Source: Octopus sinensis (lineage: Eukaryota). Taken from it: 64,000 nt of DNA. The stretch is from the NCBI RefSeq assembly GCF_006345805.1, contig NC_043000.1:75764001-75828000 (forward strand), written 5' to 3'. Below, piece by piece: positions 1 to 11,194 of this stretch. The notes under the pieces are model-generated. The model was not told the origin of the DNA and ran no database searches. It worked only from the letters and a program-made list of their open reading frames with translations. Numbering within the stretch: position 1 is the stretch's first letter; the number at the start of each line of letters is the position of its first letter. The position numbers and the translations under genes were made by a program.

Positions 1-268
1 TAGCTGTCCCTAATATTACTGTTTTCTAAAACTGTACTAAACTAGGTTTTATGCCTATTTCCTCTATCCACCAGTTCAAATCTTTAGGAATAGCTCCTAA
101 TGCACCTATTTTACAGGGATACATTTTAGCCACACTTTTCATGGTTGTTGTAACTCAATGGTTCAGTCCTGGTGCTTTGCTATTTTCTCTATATTATCTC
201 TCATATTGACTTTTTTCATCATTTGGGACTATAAAGTCAATTACCTGGCACTTTCTATTTTCTTTGTC
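1..268 (-). mobile_element. R4/Dong-type non-LTR retrotransposon, C-terminal RLE endonuclease fragment
   Basis: Minus strand reads VDKENRKCQVIDF..PND...IEKIAKHQD...IGALGAIPKDL...KTVILGTA, matching the PD..D/E-K..KY..L / PVVIGALG / QK.VLLGT RLE tail. Confidence 0.75.
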
Positions 269-441
269 TACAGCTATAGGTGCAGGCATGGCTGTGTGGT
301 AAGAAGCTTGCTTCCCAACCAAATGGTTCTGGGTTCAGTGCCACTGCATGGCATGTTGGGCAAGTGTTTTCTGTTATAACCTTGGGCTAACCGAGGCCTT
401 GTAAGTGGATTTGGTAGGCGGAAACCAAGAGAAGCCCATCA
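266..441 (+). mobile_element. tRNA-derived SINE (family A), 5' half
   Basis: A-box-like TGGCTGTGTGG, B-box-like GGTTCAGTGCC and TTGGGCAAGTG core; homologous to the copies at 14416-14844, 10405-10655 and 34020-34402. Confidence 0.8.
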
Positions 442-1842
442 TATATATATAATTTAGAGACAAATCGCTATTTAGTTATTCCAGTAATAGTGAAAAGATA
501 TTATCTATAATAACCACATAGAAATTAATTAAATACCTTATAATTATTATTCTAAAAATCTCATAACAAATCAAACATTAATGATAATAATAAATATAAT
601 AAATAAAAGTAATGTTAACAATAAGAATTAAATTTGGTTAATTATTCCTTATGGAGTTAAAACAAACATTATTAAAGAGATATTAAAATTAATTGAATTA
701 TTTATTGTAGATAATAAAAAATATAATATTTTTTTCTAGTAATAATTTTGGAGTTGGTTATTCTACTACTAATAATGTTGGTAACATTATTTTATCTTTT
801 AATAGTTTTAAGCTGAATAAGTTTTATATTAAAAAATTATATAATAATTCCAATAATACTAGTGACCAGAATTTAATTAATTGTACGGGTAGAGATAAGA
901 TGAAATGTAAATTTAAAAATAAATGTAACTTGGCTGATGTAGTATATAAATATTAATATTAATTAATAGGAATAGTTACAATATAAATGCGAAATACGTG
1001 GGGTCGATGTCTAATAAAATTACATTATGGGTGGCCCAACACATGCACCATTTAAGAATAAAACATTGATTAATTCTACAGGCCTTAGCAAATATATATG
1101 GAAATTAAAATCTAAAGGAATTAAGTATAATTTGAAATGGGAGATAGTTTGTAAAGCTAAATCTTATCAAATAGGTAATAACTTTTGTTTACTATGTACA
1201 AATGAATTTATGGAGATATTAAGATCTAAAAAACAATTGATTAATTCCCAAGATGAGAAGAAAATTAAATGTAGACATAAGTCGAATTATTTATATAAGT
1301 TTAGATAATTTGTGAATATATATATAACCTGATTTATGTTATTAATTTATGTAGTTATATTATGCAGTATTATAATTAGTATAAATAAGTTGTAGGTTAT
1401 GTAGTGTATGAGCATAACTAGAATAAGTTTTAAACCAAAGGATTAATAAAAATAATTGAAGAATATATATTAATTTATGGACATTTAATTAATTTTATAT
1501 TTCTATATATAAAGTCATAGTTTTAAATTATTGAGAATTTAGATTTTTTCCCTGTAAATTGTAGTCTTACATGATGTTTATTTGATTATTTTTATTTTTT
1601 ATCATTAAATACATATATCTATTCATTTATTTATTGTATATTTATTGTTTATGTCATGTTTAATGAGATAGGTTTTTTGACAATGCTAGATTGTAAGTTT
1701 AAAGTTTAAAATTTTTTTTAACTGGTTTTCATCAAGATTAATAGCAGTGCATCAGCATGGCCGCAGCTCTGAGCTGAAACTTAAAAAAAAAAGGATAAGT
1801 CATGTTTTCGCTTTACATTAATATTGTTTGAATTATTGACTG

Positions 1843-1844
<2 letters not shown>

Positions 1845-1922
<78 letters not shown>
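1845..1922. repeat. (TA)n microsatellite
   Basis: Direct reading. Confidence 0.95.
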
Positions 1923-1926
<4 letters not shown>

Positions 1927-2139
1927 ATCTTCAGGGAGGCTGATCTCCCTTTGCAGGCTGGCAAGGACACCGAGATGGTGTCAGCCCTTCTGGTGATGTT
2001 GATGATCGCCTGGGGCTAAATTCATCAGTAACACCCCCACTACCCTGCCCTATCCCTAGCCACATTCAGATGGCTGATCCCCATTATGTTCTATATTTAT
2101 TGTTTTATTATAATATCTAAATTTATTTATGTTATTTTT

Positions 2140-2240
2140 TTTACCTGAAGAGTGGCTAAATATTTTAAAATTGAATTAATATTAAATTTTAATATTATCA
2201 ATTTATATATTTAGTCATGAAACGCACATAGTCAATTTAA
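2140..2240 (+). ncRNA. Hammerhead-ribozyme-like motif in PLE LTR (stem I apparently decayed)
   Basis: CTGAAGA (2145-2151), 12-bp stem II GTGGCTAAATAT/ATATTTAGTCAT, then GAAAC (2219-2223)...GTC. Confidence 0.45.
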
Positions 2241-2640
2241 TAGGTTTTTAGAATAATAATTATAAGATGTTTAATTAATTTCTATGTGGTTATTATAGAT
2301 AATATCTTTTCACTATTGATGGAATAACTAAATAGCAGTTTGTCTCTAAATGATATATATATATAACCTGATTTATGTTATTAATTTATTAGTTCATCTA
2401 GTAATATTATGTAGTCGAATTATTTATATAATAAGTTTAGATAATTTGTGAATATATATATAACCTGATTTATGTAGTTATATTATGCAGTATTATAATG
2501 AGTATAAATTAGTTGTAGGTTATGTAGTGTATGAGCATAACTAGAATAAGTTTTAAACCAAAGGATTAATAAAAATAATTGAAGAATATATATTAATAGT
2601 ATATATTTATTCACAAATTATCTAAATATAAATTAAATGA

Positions 2641-3795
2641 ACTACTAAATCATGCCTTCTAGTTTCTATTACTAAGTCTGAGTGCTAAAATCTCACATTT
2701 TATATTTCTTACTTTCTCGCACTTTACTAAGTTCATGTTCACATCATTTACCGATATGGTCAAATCCTAGTTTTCTACATAACTCCTAATGGATTATTCT
2801 CCCAGGTTGTCATGTCTTGTATTCCTTTTATGCCATCATACTACATTCATTAACTAAATGAGTAACACTTTATTCCTTTGATTTACATAACCTACATTGG
2901 GAATCTACCTGATTTTTGTATATCTTAGCTTTCCTCCAGTTAGTCCCAAATCTTGTGCTGTTGCTAACAAACTTTCTGTCCCCCCTTTCTGCAACTACAA
3001 CCATGTCTCACTATTACTATTTTGCCAGTCACATATCTTACTTCTTTTTACTGTTTTTTAACTACATTTGGCTTTTTGGTTTCTCTATCTCCTCATGCTA
3101 CATTAGCAGCTCTTAATACAATTTCCTCATTATTACTTATATAGGAGGTTATATCTACTCTAGCTAACTCCACACTGTCATCTACTGATATTAAATCTCT
3201 ACCACCTTCTTTTCTAGGTAAGTACACACTTGCTACTCCTGCTCCAAGATGAAGTCCTCATATTGAATTCCTTCCTAGTTCTGTCTAGATTTGCTAATTC
3301 AGATTTTATCCAATCTACAAAAGCTGTTGAATATCTAAAATAACAATACTACCCAAGTATTTACAGCCCTCACTAGAATCAGACCATTTAGTTTTTACTT
3401 CATTTACTTTCTCACCCTTCTAATGTACTCCTCAACTTTCTCTTTCATTTCTATAGTTAGTACTGTCAGCTAATGCTCTTAAATATTTATAACCTTTTTC
3501 TTCCTTCAGTGATTTTAATGCTTGGCCATCTGGTAACTGAATGCCTTCACTGCTGACTATCTGTCCCTTTTTTATTACTAATATTGCACACTTAAAGCCA
3601 AATTCCATACCTATATCTTTGCTGAACTTTGTATGAAAGAATCTCTCTCTTTTTTTTTATTTTTACTAAAATGCTTCATATTATCCATGTAGAGCAAAAG
3701 GTTAATTATTTCCTTACTATCTCTAAACCGATGCTGTATATTTGCCTTTCTTAATACTAAACTGAGTGGGGCTTTCTTATAATCTATCCATGCAT
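2641..3795 (-). mobile_element. R4/Dong-type LINE: RT C-half, CCHC knuckle and RLE start
   Basis: AWIDYKKA, LYMDNMK, FSKDIGMEFG..KCA, YKYL, SVTHLVNEC..A.KEY..HDN, WELCRKLG..W.EH, ETRRHDLVV. Confidence 0.8.
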
Positions 3796-3990
3796 CATCA
3801 TCGTTTAACGTCTGTTTTCTATGCTGGCATGGGCTGAACAGTTCGACTGGGGTCTGGGAAGCCAGGAGGCTGCACCAGACTCCAGTTTGATCTGGCAGTG
3901 TTTCTACAGCTTTCTAATGCCAACCATTCCAAGAGTGTAGTGGGTGCTTTTTTATGTACCACCAGCACAGGGGCCAGAGGGGGCTTGCAT
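3796..3990 (-). mobile_element. RTE LINE 3' tail (or RTE-tailed SINE) fragment
   Basis: Reverse complement of the recurring tail ...GGTTGGCATTAG...GCTGTAGAAAC...GTTAAACGATGATGATG. Confidence 0.75.
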
Positions 3991-4089
3991 CAACCACAAT
4001 TGGATGGTGTTTATTACTTGACGGGAGCCAGTCAAGGTGGCACTCACTGTTAAATTTTTCTTCCTAGATTTCACTTCTTTTAGAACTGC

Positions 4090-5043
4090 TTTGTCTATGT
4101 AGGCTCGCAAGGAATGAAGCCAGTATGCTCCCATGGATGTGTAATGTCAGTGTACATAATTGACAGAGTGTTAGTGCCTTGAGAGAAAAGTTGGACCTAA
4201 GAAGCATCAGATGTGGTGTGCAAGAGAGACGACTGCGCTGGTATGGCCATGTGGTGAGAATGGATGTAGATAGCTGTATGAAAAAGTGCCACACCCTAGC
4301 AGTGTGGCACTACCTGTGGAAGAGGTAGACCCAGGAAGACCTGGGATTAGGTGGTGAAGCATGACCTTCGAACATTGGGCCTCACTGAGGCAATGACTAG
4401 TGACTGAGAACTTTGGAAATATGCTGTACTTGAGAAGACTCAGCAAGCTCAAGTGAGACCATAACCTCGTGGCCTATGCCAGGGGTGTAACCAGCCCACT
4501 TATGCGTACCTTTCCTTCATTGGACACTAAGCTCTGCTTGTGAAGACCTGTTGAGGCAAGTGAAATCAAAATCAAATTTGATGACTGGCATCCGTGCTAG
4601 TGGAGCACTAAGAGTACCATACAAGCGTGATTGTTGCCAGAGCAACAAGCTGGCCTTCGTGCCGATGGCATGTAAAAAATACCATTCGAGCATGATTGTT
4701 ACTTGTGTCGCCTTACCAGCACTTGTGCTGGTGGCACTTGAAAAAACATTCGTGCGAAGTCGTTGCCAGTGCCACTGGACTGGCTCCTGTGCAGGTGGCA
4801 CATAAAAAGCACCATTTGAGTGTGGCTGTTGCCAGTACCACCTGACTGGCCCTCATGCCGGTGGCACGTAAAAGGACCCACTACACTCTCGGAGTAGTTG
4901 GCGTTAGGAAGGGCATCCAGCTGTAGAAACTCTGCCAGATCAGATTGGAGTCTGGTGCAGCCATCTGGTTCGCCAGACCTCAGTCAAATCGTTCAACCCA
5001 TGCTAGTATGGAAAGCAAACATTAAACAATGATGATGATGATG
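4090..5043 (+). mobile_element. RTE LINE 3' end: ORF C-terminus + 3' UTR with hairpin tandem repeats + (GAT)n tail
   Basis: RLARNEASML.WMCNVSVH...LREKLDLRSIRCGVQERRLRWYGHVVRM...GRGRPRKTW, then ~65-nt repeats and the GGCGTTAGGAAGGGCATCCAGCTGTAGAAAC tail. Confidence 0.85.
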
Positions 5044-5560
5044 TTCCTCTAGCCTTCTTCCTGCAACCTTTCTGTTCTTCTGGAAGTAAATTCTAGCTGT
5101 CAAGGTGCCCATAAATGCTTTCTGAGAACATTCCTGTTAACAACTTCCTCACTAATGGTAAGCAAGTAACTGGTGTATATTGCCCTTGCTTTTGTCTTTC
5201 ATAGTGTTGTTCTCCTTCGAGTCATCCAATTAGGTATGCCTCTTCCATTTAGGCAATCCTGAAGCTGTTCCCTCAGTCTCTCATTTCTTTAACCAATACC
5301 CTTGAACTAAATCTGGTCCTGGGCCCTTCCAATTCAGCATTCTTCCTAACACTTTACTCATTAATGCACTAGTTAGCTTTAGATCTGGCTGCTTCTCACT
5401 AACTACTTTACTCCTCACTTTCTTTAACCATGCTGTACCCTCGTGATTAACTGGCTTATCCCAAATATCACTCCAGAACTTTCTAGCTTCTACATTAGGC
5501 ATGAAAAACATATCGCAATGTGAATTAATTTTCCTACTGATTTTCATATAATTAAGTAAT
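5044..5560 (-). mobile_element. R4/Dong-type LINE RT N-terminal part
   Basis: ORF 5281-5547 FWSDIW...H..TAWL...NWKGPGPDLVQGYWLKK, followed by P.TCLP...KLLTG...EQKGCRKKARGT. Confidence 0.8.
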
Positions 5561-6129
5561 AATGTGCTCTGACAGATTTTTTTTCAAAACAACAAAATAG
5601 AACAAGCTTTACAACCCCTTTTATGCACGAAAACCATTTCTAAAAACACACAGTACAAGTATACATAAAAACATTTGAAGAGAAATACATTAGGGAATGA
5701 ATAAGAATCATATCATAATAGGATGTGTTCTTACCATAAAAGTTGGCTACTGTGTGAGGAATAGTGGTGGTAGTGGAATGAGAGTTACTGGATGGGTGAA
5801 AGAACACTATCTTCTGTCTTACATTTCATCATCATCGACTTAAAGGGTGAAGAACTTAAGAATTGTTTGATGTTTATAGCACATCATCTATTTGTAGAGC
5901 TTGATGTAGGAACTGAGCTCATTGTAAACTCCTCTTGTAGATTTTATACTATGTTCAGGATTAGGGTTGTTATTAGCAAAAACTTGCAGCCATTCCTCTA
6001 TAAATGCCAAACCTTTAGCAATATTTTTTGCAGTCAATTTAAGTGGAGTAGGCGGAAATTGTGTACTCTCAGCTTGCTCTTATTCTAACAGCATCAATTC
6101 CTCATTAATAAACTTCCTCAATAGAACAC

Positions 6130-7215
6130 AAGCCACTTCACTACACCCTCCTATAGAACTCCTTCAAACCATACATCATTTGTAAATGTCATATCTTTCC
6201 AAATGTAATGTAGATTTTAAGCTTATGGAACACTTATAAAGTCATGGATAAAGACTGGCAATATATTTTCCCAAGCACCATTAAAAAGTTGAAGATTTCA
6301 CTTCATTCTATGACTCAGCTATGTTATCGACAACATTCATCATGTTGAACTTCTAGAAATCTCTAATTGTAGGTTTACTTTCCTTATCATCTCCATCCAT
6401 ATATTGTTCGAAAGTTTTTCTCACATAATATGCCTTGAAGTAAGCTATCACACCTTGATTCATAGGCTGAAGCAAAGAGGTATTCCTGAGGATACACTCT
6501 ACTCTCACAATTATCCAGAAAGTTCATTTAAGTTCCCAATATGCTGTTAAAGCTTAGTTGAAAATGTCTGGCTGTACCTTTCTATAAAAGGACAAAAAAT
6601 ATTTGTAAACCACTCTTTAAAAAGGCTCTTAGTCATCAATGCCATTGTATTTGAATGTAACATAAGAAGCAAATTAAACTTTGCCTGACCCATAAAAGCC
6701 CTTGGATTCTGGGAGTGATATACAAGGAGGGATGGGGGCTTTAATATTCTAGCAGTAGCAGTATTGCCTCCCAGAAGCATGAGATAATTATTGGAAGCTA
6801 TAAATTTCAGTGCTGATTTTTCTTCAAGAAATCTCGCAGGCATGAGTTCCTAGAAAAGCATAGTTTCTCCAACATTGTACACTGTATCAAACTGACAGCA
6901 CATCTTAAACATTCCCTAACAGCATTTTTTCACTATTATTTTTTTTAAGAAATAAATAAACTTATTGCAGATTGTGTCTATTCTGGTTCTCCTTCCATAT
7001 ACCACAAGAGTTGTCCTATTTTAAGCACCTATAAAAAAAATAAGGCCTGAGTCTATGAAAAAAAAAATCATGTCTGAGAAATTAACAGAGTAACTTCTTG
7101 AACGTTTGATCTAATTTCTCCACTGTTGTCACATATTGTTCCCACTGCAGTCATTAAAAGACTCAATGTTTTGACAATAAGGTTGATTTGTTTTCTCTCC
7201 TGCATTAAACCCTTT
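6130..7215 (-). mobile_element. Tigger/pogo (Tc1-mariner) transposase relic
   Basis: VYNVGETMLF.ELMP; ORF 6547-6843 LLGGN...LKP..LVYHSQNPRA...F.EWF...FCP; LQPMNQGVIAYFKAYYVRKTF; NIAES.NEV...NGAW. Multiple frameshifts. Confidence 0.8.
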
Positions 7216-7269
7216 TAAAACATCAAGTTTAATATCCAGTGTAATCCTTTTACAATTCCTTTTTGCCTT

Positions 7270-7415
7270 GCGTGTTTGGCGTTAGGAAGAGCATCCAGCC
7301 ATAGAAACCATGCCAAATCAGACTGGTGTCTGGTGCAGCCTTCCAACTTGCCAGCCCTAGTCAAACTGTCCAAACCATGCCAGCATGGACAACAGATGCT
7401 AAATGATGATGACGA
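7270..7415 (+). mobile_element. RTE 3' tail fragment
   Basis: GGCGTTAGGAAGAGCATCCAGCC...GCTAAATGATGATGAC. Confidence 0.75.
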
Positions 7416-7735
7416 TACCTTCAGTTCCACTTGATGATCTCCTAGATATCTTGAATTCCAGGTAAATCCAACAGCAATCAACTATTATCCACAACAAATG
7501 CAAAGTAAAAGAATATAGCACCAGGAATGAACTGTTTTGTGAAAAAAAAAATGTTTGGATGTAAGATTGCACACAAGATGATGAAAAGGTGGAGCGAGGT
7601 GGGAGGAAGCACTATGCAGTTACAGTTAATTGAAGGGTCATCAAGTTCATGGGCATTTTACCCCCAAAACACTGACTCGAACCATAAAATCTCCACACAC
7701 AAGGCTGTGTTGACATACAACATATATAACTACAG

Positions 7736-7793
7736 ACACTGCTATCAATTGGATACTATTATTGTTGCCAGTCGATTATTCAAAAGTTGGAAG
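7736..7793 (+). CDS. Candidate internal coding exon (TLLSIGYYYCCQSIIQKLE), unknown gene
   Basis: CTACAG| acceptor, AAG|GTATGT donor, open frame 0 ending in phase 1, in a TE-free island. Confidence 0.3.
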
Positions 7794-8196
7794 GTATGTG
7801 AGTAGTGGTAGGAATGTTACGGTGAGATGGACACCAATAAAAGGATGATGAAGACAACCACAAGTCACATGGCACTGAAGACATCTTTATTCATCCAAAT
7901 ACTCTACATCTGAAAACAATTTGTCTCTACTTCACCTAGCATAATGTATGTGTGTGCACATGCAGATGTGTTTGAGTAAAAGTTAAGAGTGGAGTGTAAA
8001 AGTAATGCCTACTCACATTATGAGGAAGAAATAAATTTTCAATAGGTTCCATAATCTTGATAAAACTTCCAGATGGTAAAATTAAACTCCAAAATAATAT
8101 TTACAAAAATAAGTCAAAAAGTGATACTTTTACACAGAGAACTTATTGGAAATAAAACAGCATAAACCCAGGAGCAAATCTCTCATAATTCCTTAG

Positions 8197-8327
8197 AGAT
8201 GGATTATATCCATGGTTCCTTTAAAACCAACTTGCAAAATCAGATTCCTCCTCTACTATCAGTGCCAGTGATTAGAACACCCATTGCCTCAGCAGTTAGA
8301 CCAGATTTGGCATCAGGAACAAAATAG
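8197..8327 (+). CDS. Candidate terminal coding exon (EMDYIHGSFKTNLQNQIPPLLSVPVIRTPIASAVRPDLASGTK*)
   Basis: TCTCTCATAATTCCTTAG| acceptor, phase 1 compatible with the 7736-7793 exon, TAG at 8325-8327, several AATAAA downstream (~8515-8740). Confidence 0.33.
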
Positions 8328-9079
8328 TGTGACTAAATCTCAAGCAGTAAAGGTGAATGTTAATTTCATTCATACAAAATAGAAACAGATGTTTGGATAT
8401 AGAGAACATAACTACAGACAATCCAAGGAAGATAAGAGAAGAATTCCATTCTCTCTATATTTGACTGATGTTTCTGGGGCATTAATATTTTTTGGTATTC
8501 TCAAAAAGTGTCAAGGAATAAATATTTCTTGCTTTTCCAAATAAAATTCAAATTCAAAATGTTTAACAGTTCTGTTGCTGACTTTGGCAGATAGATAGAA
8601 GGCAATGATTTGAATTATTTCAATATAACTGCACAATAAGATTTCCTACTGAGATTATTTAAATAGTATGAAGTGAAGAAATAAAACAATGAATAGTTCA
8701 AAGTTTAGCCCTCACAACAGAAAACTGAAAGAATAAAATATAGGAACACCAAAGAAAACATTATATAGATTAACTAAACAATGAATTCATTATACATAAA
8801 CAGTGTGACACAGTAAAAATATTGTTTAGAGGACAAGAAAAGCTAAAACTGACAGAGATCAAAGATCGATCTAATATATATTTGTGTGTGTGTGTGTGTG
8901 TATATAAATGTGTGTGTTTTTTTCAGTGTTTACAAATAACACAGAAAAAAATAAACAAACAGTTACTGGGTAGCAAAAATCCACACAAGTATCAAGGATG
9001 TAACAACCTACTTATAAAGGTAGAAACTCCAGGTTTAGGTGAAATGTTTTGTATAATATAGATAAATAAATAAATGGAG

Positions 9080-9500
9080 TTAAACACATTCTCCACATTC
9101 AGCAGTCTTTCATAATGGCTTCTCCAAGCCTCTTTCTTTTCAAAAACATTGAAAGCAAGTGCACCATCATCCATGCGGACGCATTTCTCTCCTGTGACAT
9201 CACAATTTTCTCTCACACACAGTCTAGCAATCTGAAATACCTCGGTTTTTTGGTCCACATGTCGCTGGACATTGGCAAACTTCTTTTCCGCTTCACCCTT
9301 GGCTATGTATACCTGCCACCCAGCCTCCCTTCCGGCTACCTGGTACCATTTCCTGCTATCCCCATCCCTCCAGGCTTGTTTCTTTGCTCTAATGGCTTTG
9401 TCTACCGTACTATTCCACCACCACGTAACTCTGGATCTGGAAGGGACTTTGCACCATCCGCATACTTGGTCTATTTCTAAAGATCGGTATGTGGTGAAGC
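9080..9500 (-). mobile_element. RTE LINE ORF fragment (EN-RT spacer)
   Basis: VFQIARLCVRENCDVTGEKCVRMDDGALAFNVFEKKEAWRSHYERLLNVEN; homologous to 47855-48160. Confidence 0.8.
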
Positions 9501-9559
9501 AAATTTTTTTGCCAAACCCTAATAATTATACTCATAATTGTAATATATATATATATATA

Positions 9560-10406
9560 TAGTACAAAGTAAGATAGGGGTTATGAATGTAATCCACTAT
9601 GGGATATAAATTATCCAATATACTGTTGGTAAAGTACCAAAATTCTTAATACATAAATGCTTTTAATTGCAATGCAATTGATTCATTTATTGTATTAAAT
9701 GGGTGAAGGTAAAAAATATTCGTACCGTAAATTTATAATACAAATAAGAAAATGGAGAAACAAATTCATCTTGTTCATCAACTTACGGATATTACAATTT
9801 TACATTATTTATTAATTATACAAATGAGAACTTCAAAAGCAAACAAAACATTATATAAATCAATAGGTAATATAATAATAAAAATAATACAAATACATAT
9901 TTTAAAAGTTATAAATCAATGAAATTCATAAACTACTTCTTACAGCTGTTTCAGCCTATGGTCAAAAGTCAATCCAACTTATATTGCCTATAGATGTCAG
10001 TATATTATGGTTGTAGGCATTAAAAATTATACTTATACATTAAAAGAACCATAGGCCTCATCAGACGATATAATTAACTTGAAAAGTATAATAATATTGA
10101 TATACAAAACATGCTGCACTTATCTAATATATACAAATAAATAATAAACAAATATCCAAAATACATACATATATATATATATATATACATATAAAAATAT
10201 ACAAATAAACATACATATATATACATAAGCAAATCGTACATACTATTCACATGCGCAAAATACATTAAAGAACAACATTGAACAATATTTTACATTACAT
10301 TGGGTATATCATGCGTCGTATAGTCAAGTAAATACATTGCCTACAACCATAATATACCATAATATCTATAGGCAATATAAGCTGGATTGACTTTTGACCA
10401 TAGGCT
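9560..10406 (-). mobile_element. Penelope-type LTR-like repeat with hammerhead motif and inverted partial copy
   Basis: Hammerhead core at 9935-10070; 9952-10018 recurs inverted at 10337-10406; TA-satellite flanks. Confidence 0.5.
9935..10070 (-). ncRNA. Type I hammerhead-ribozyme-like motif with extended stem II
   Basis: CUGAUGA (10064-10058), G-GCCUAUGGU...ACCAUAGGC-U stem II, GAAA, palindromic ACAGCUGU stem III, GUA cleavage triplet. Stem I pairs poorly. Confidence 0.55.
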
Positions 10407-10655
10407 AAGTTACGGGGACGTAAACACACCAGCATCGGTTGTCAAGTGATGTTAGGGGGACAAAGACAGACACACATATATACATATACATGATGGGCTT
10501 CTTTCAGTTTCTGTCTACAAAATCCACTCACAAGGCTTTGGTCGGCCCGAGGCTATAGAAGAAGACACTTGCCCAAGGTTCTACACAGTGGAACTGAACC
10601 CGGAACCATGTGGTTGGTAAGCAAGCTACTTACCACACAGCGACTCCTGCACCCA
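10405..10655 (-). mobile_element. tRNA-derived SINE family A
   Basis: Reverse complement of the 14416-14844 family. Confidence 0.85.
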
Positions 10656-11162
10656 TATGTCTATTTATTTATTTTAAACAATTACAATATAATACATACA
10701 TGTATAACGGATTATATTTTACATATATAAAAATACCAGTAATTATTAGAATATAGAAAGTAGAACAGTTTCTTATAGCTGTTTCAGCCAACAGGTCAGA
10801 GTACCCCACATGTTGCTTCCATCCCTTCAGTGAACTGTAGTATTTGGTAGATAAAATTAAGGTCCTTGGGTGTACTTCGTCAGGGAGTTTAGAAAGTTCA
10901 TAGGGTTAAGTTATGTATATGAATACATACACATATACACACTTCTATATATACATATATAAATACATATATATATATATACGTGTGTATATGCATACAA
11001 CAGAATCAGTTATTATTATAATTAGGTGTATTATAATATTCTTATTAGAGAAAGTATAAAAAGAGAAATAATAGTAGAATTTAAATAAGCAATCTAGTTT
11101 GAGGGTAGTATGGTTTTGCAGGAATGAAAAGGTATATAAATGAGGAATATATATATATATGT

Positions 11163-11194
<32 letters not shown>

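Larger units (their letters stand above)
452..2640 (+). mobile_element. Penelope-like element (Naiad-type), 5'-truncated: linker + GIY-YIG endonuclease relic + tandem pseudo-LTRs
   Basis: Relic peptides IWLIIPYGVKTNIIKEILKLI, NCTGRDKMKCKFKNKCNLADVVYK, YVGS, and STGLSKYIWKLK...WEI...CLLCTNE...LINSQDE...CRH (ORF 1027-1308). 2415-2597 duplicates 1280-1475. 107-bp inverted terminal copy at 452-558 / 2245-2351. Confidence 0.75.

Noticed and set aside
850-1290. Selenocysteine (TGA) at conserved Cys positions, as described for some Naiad PLEs (also checked 13040-13400)
   Set aside because: Codons at those positions are TGT/TGC or TAT/CGT decay products, not TGA.
4590-4880. CRISPR-like look of palindromic repeats with intervening sequence (also 43280-43570 and 49060-49430)
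   Set aside because: The 'spacers' are homologous to each other, the array lies in an RTE 3' UTR, and there are no cas genes in a eukaryotic context.
7887-7909. Minus-strand terminal exon (D)VEYLDE* after TTTTCAG
   Set aside because: Only 7 codons, no poly(A) signal identified, and it would lie in the intron of the better plus-strand model; chance cannot be excluded.
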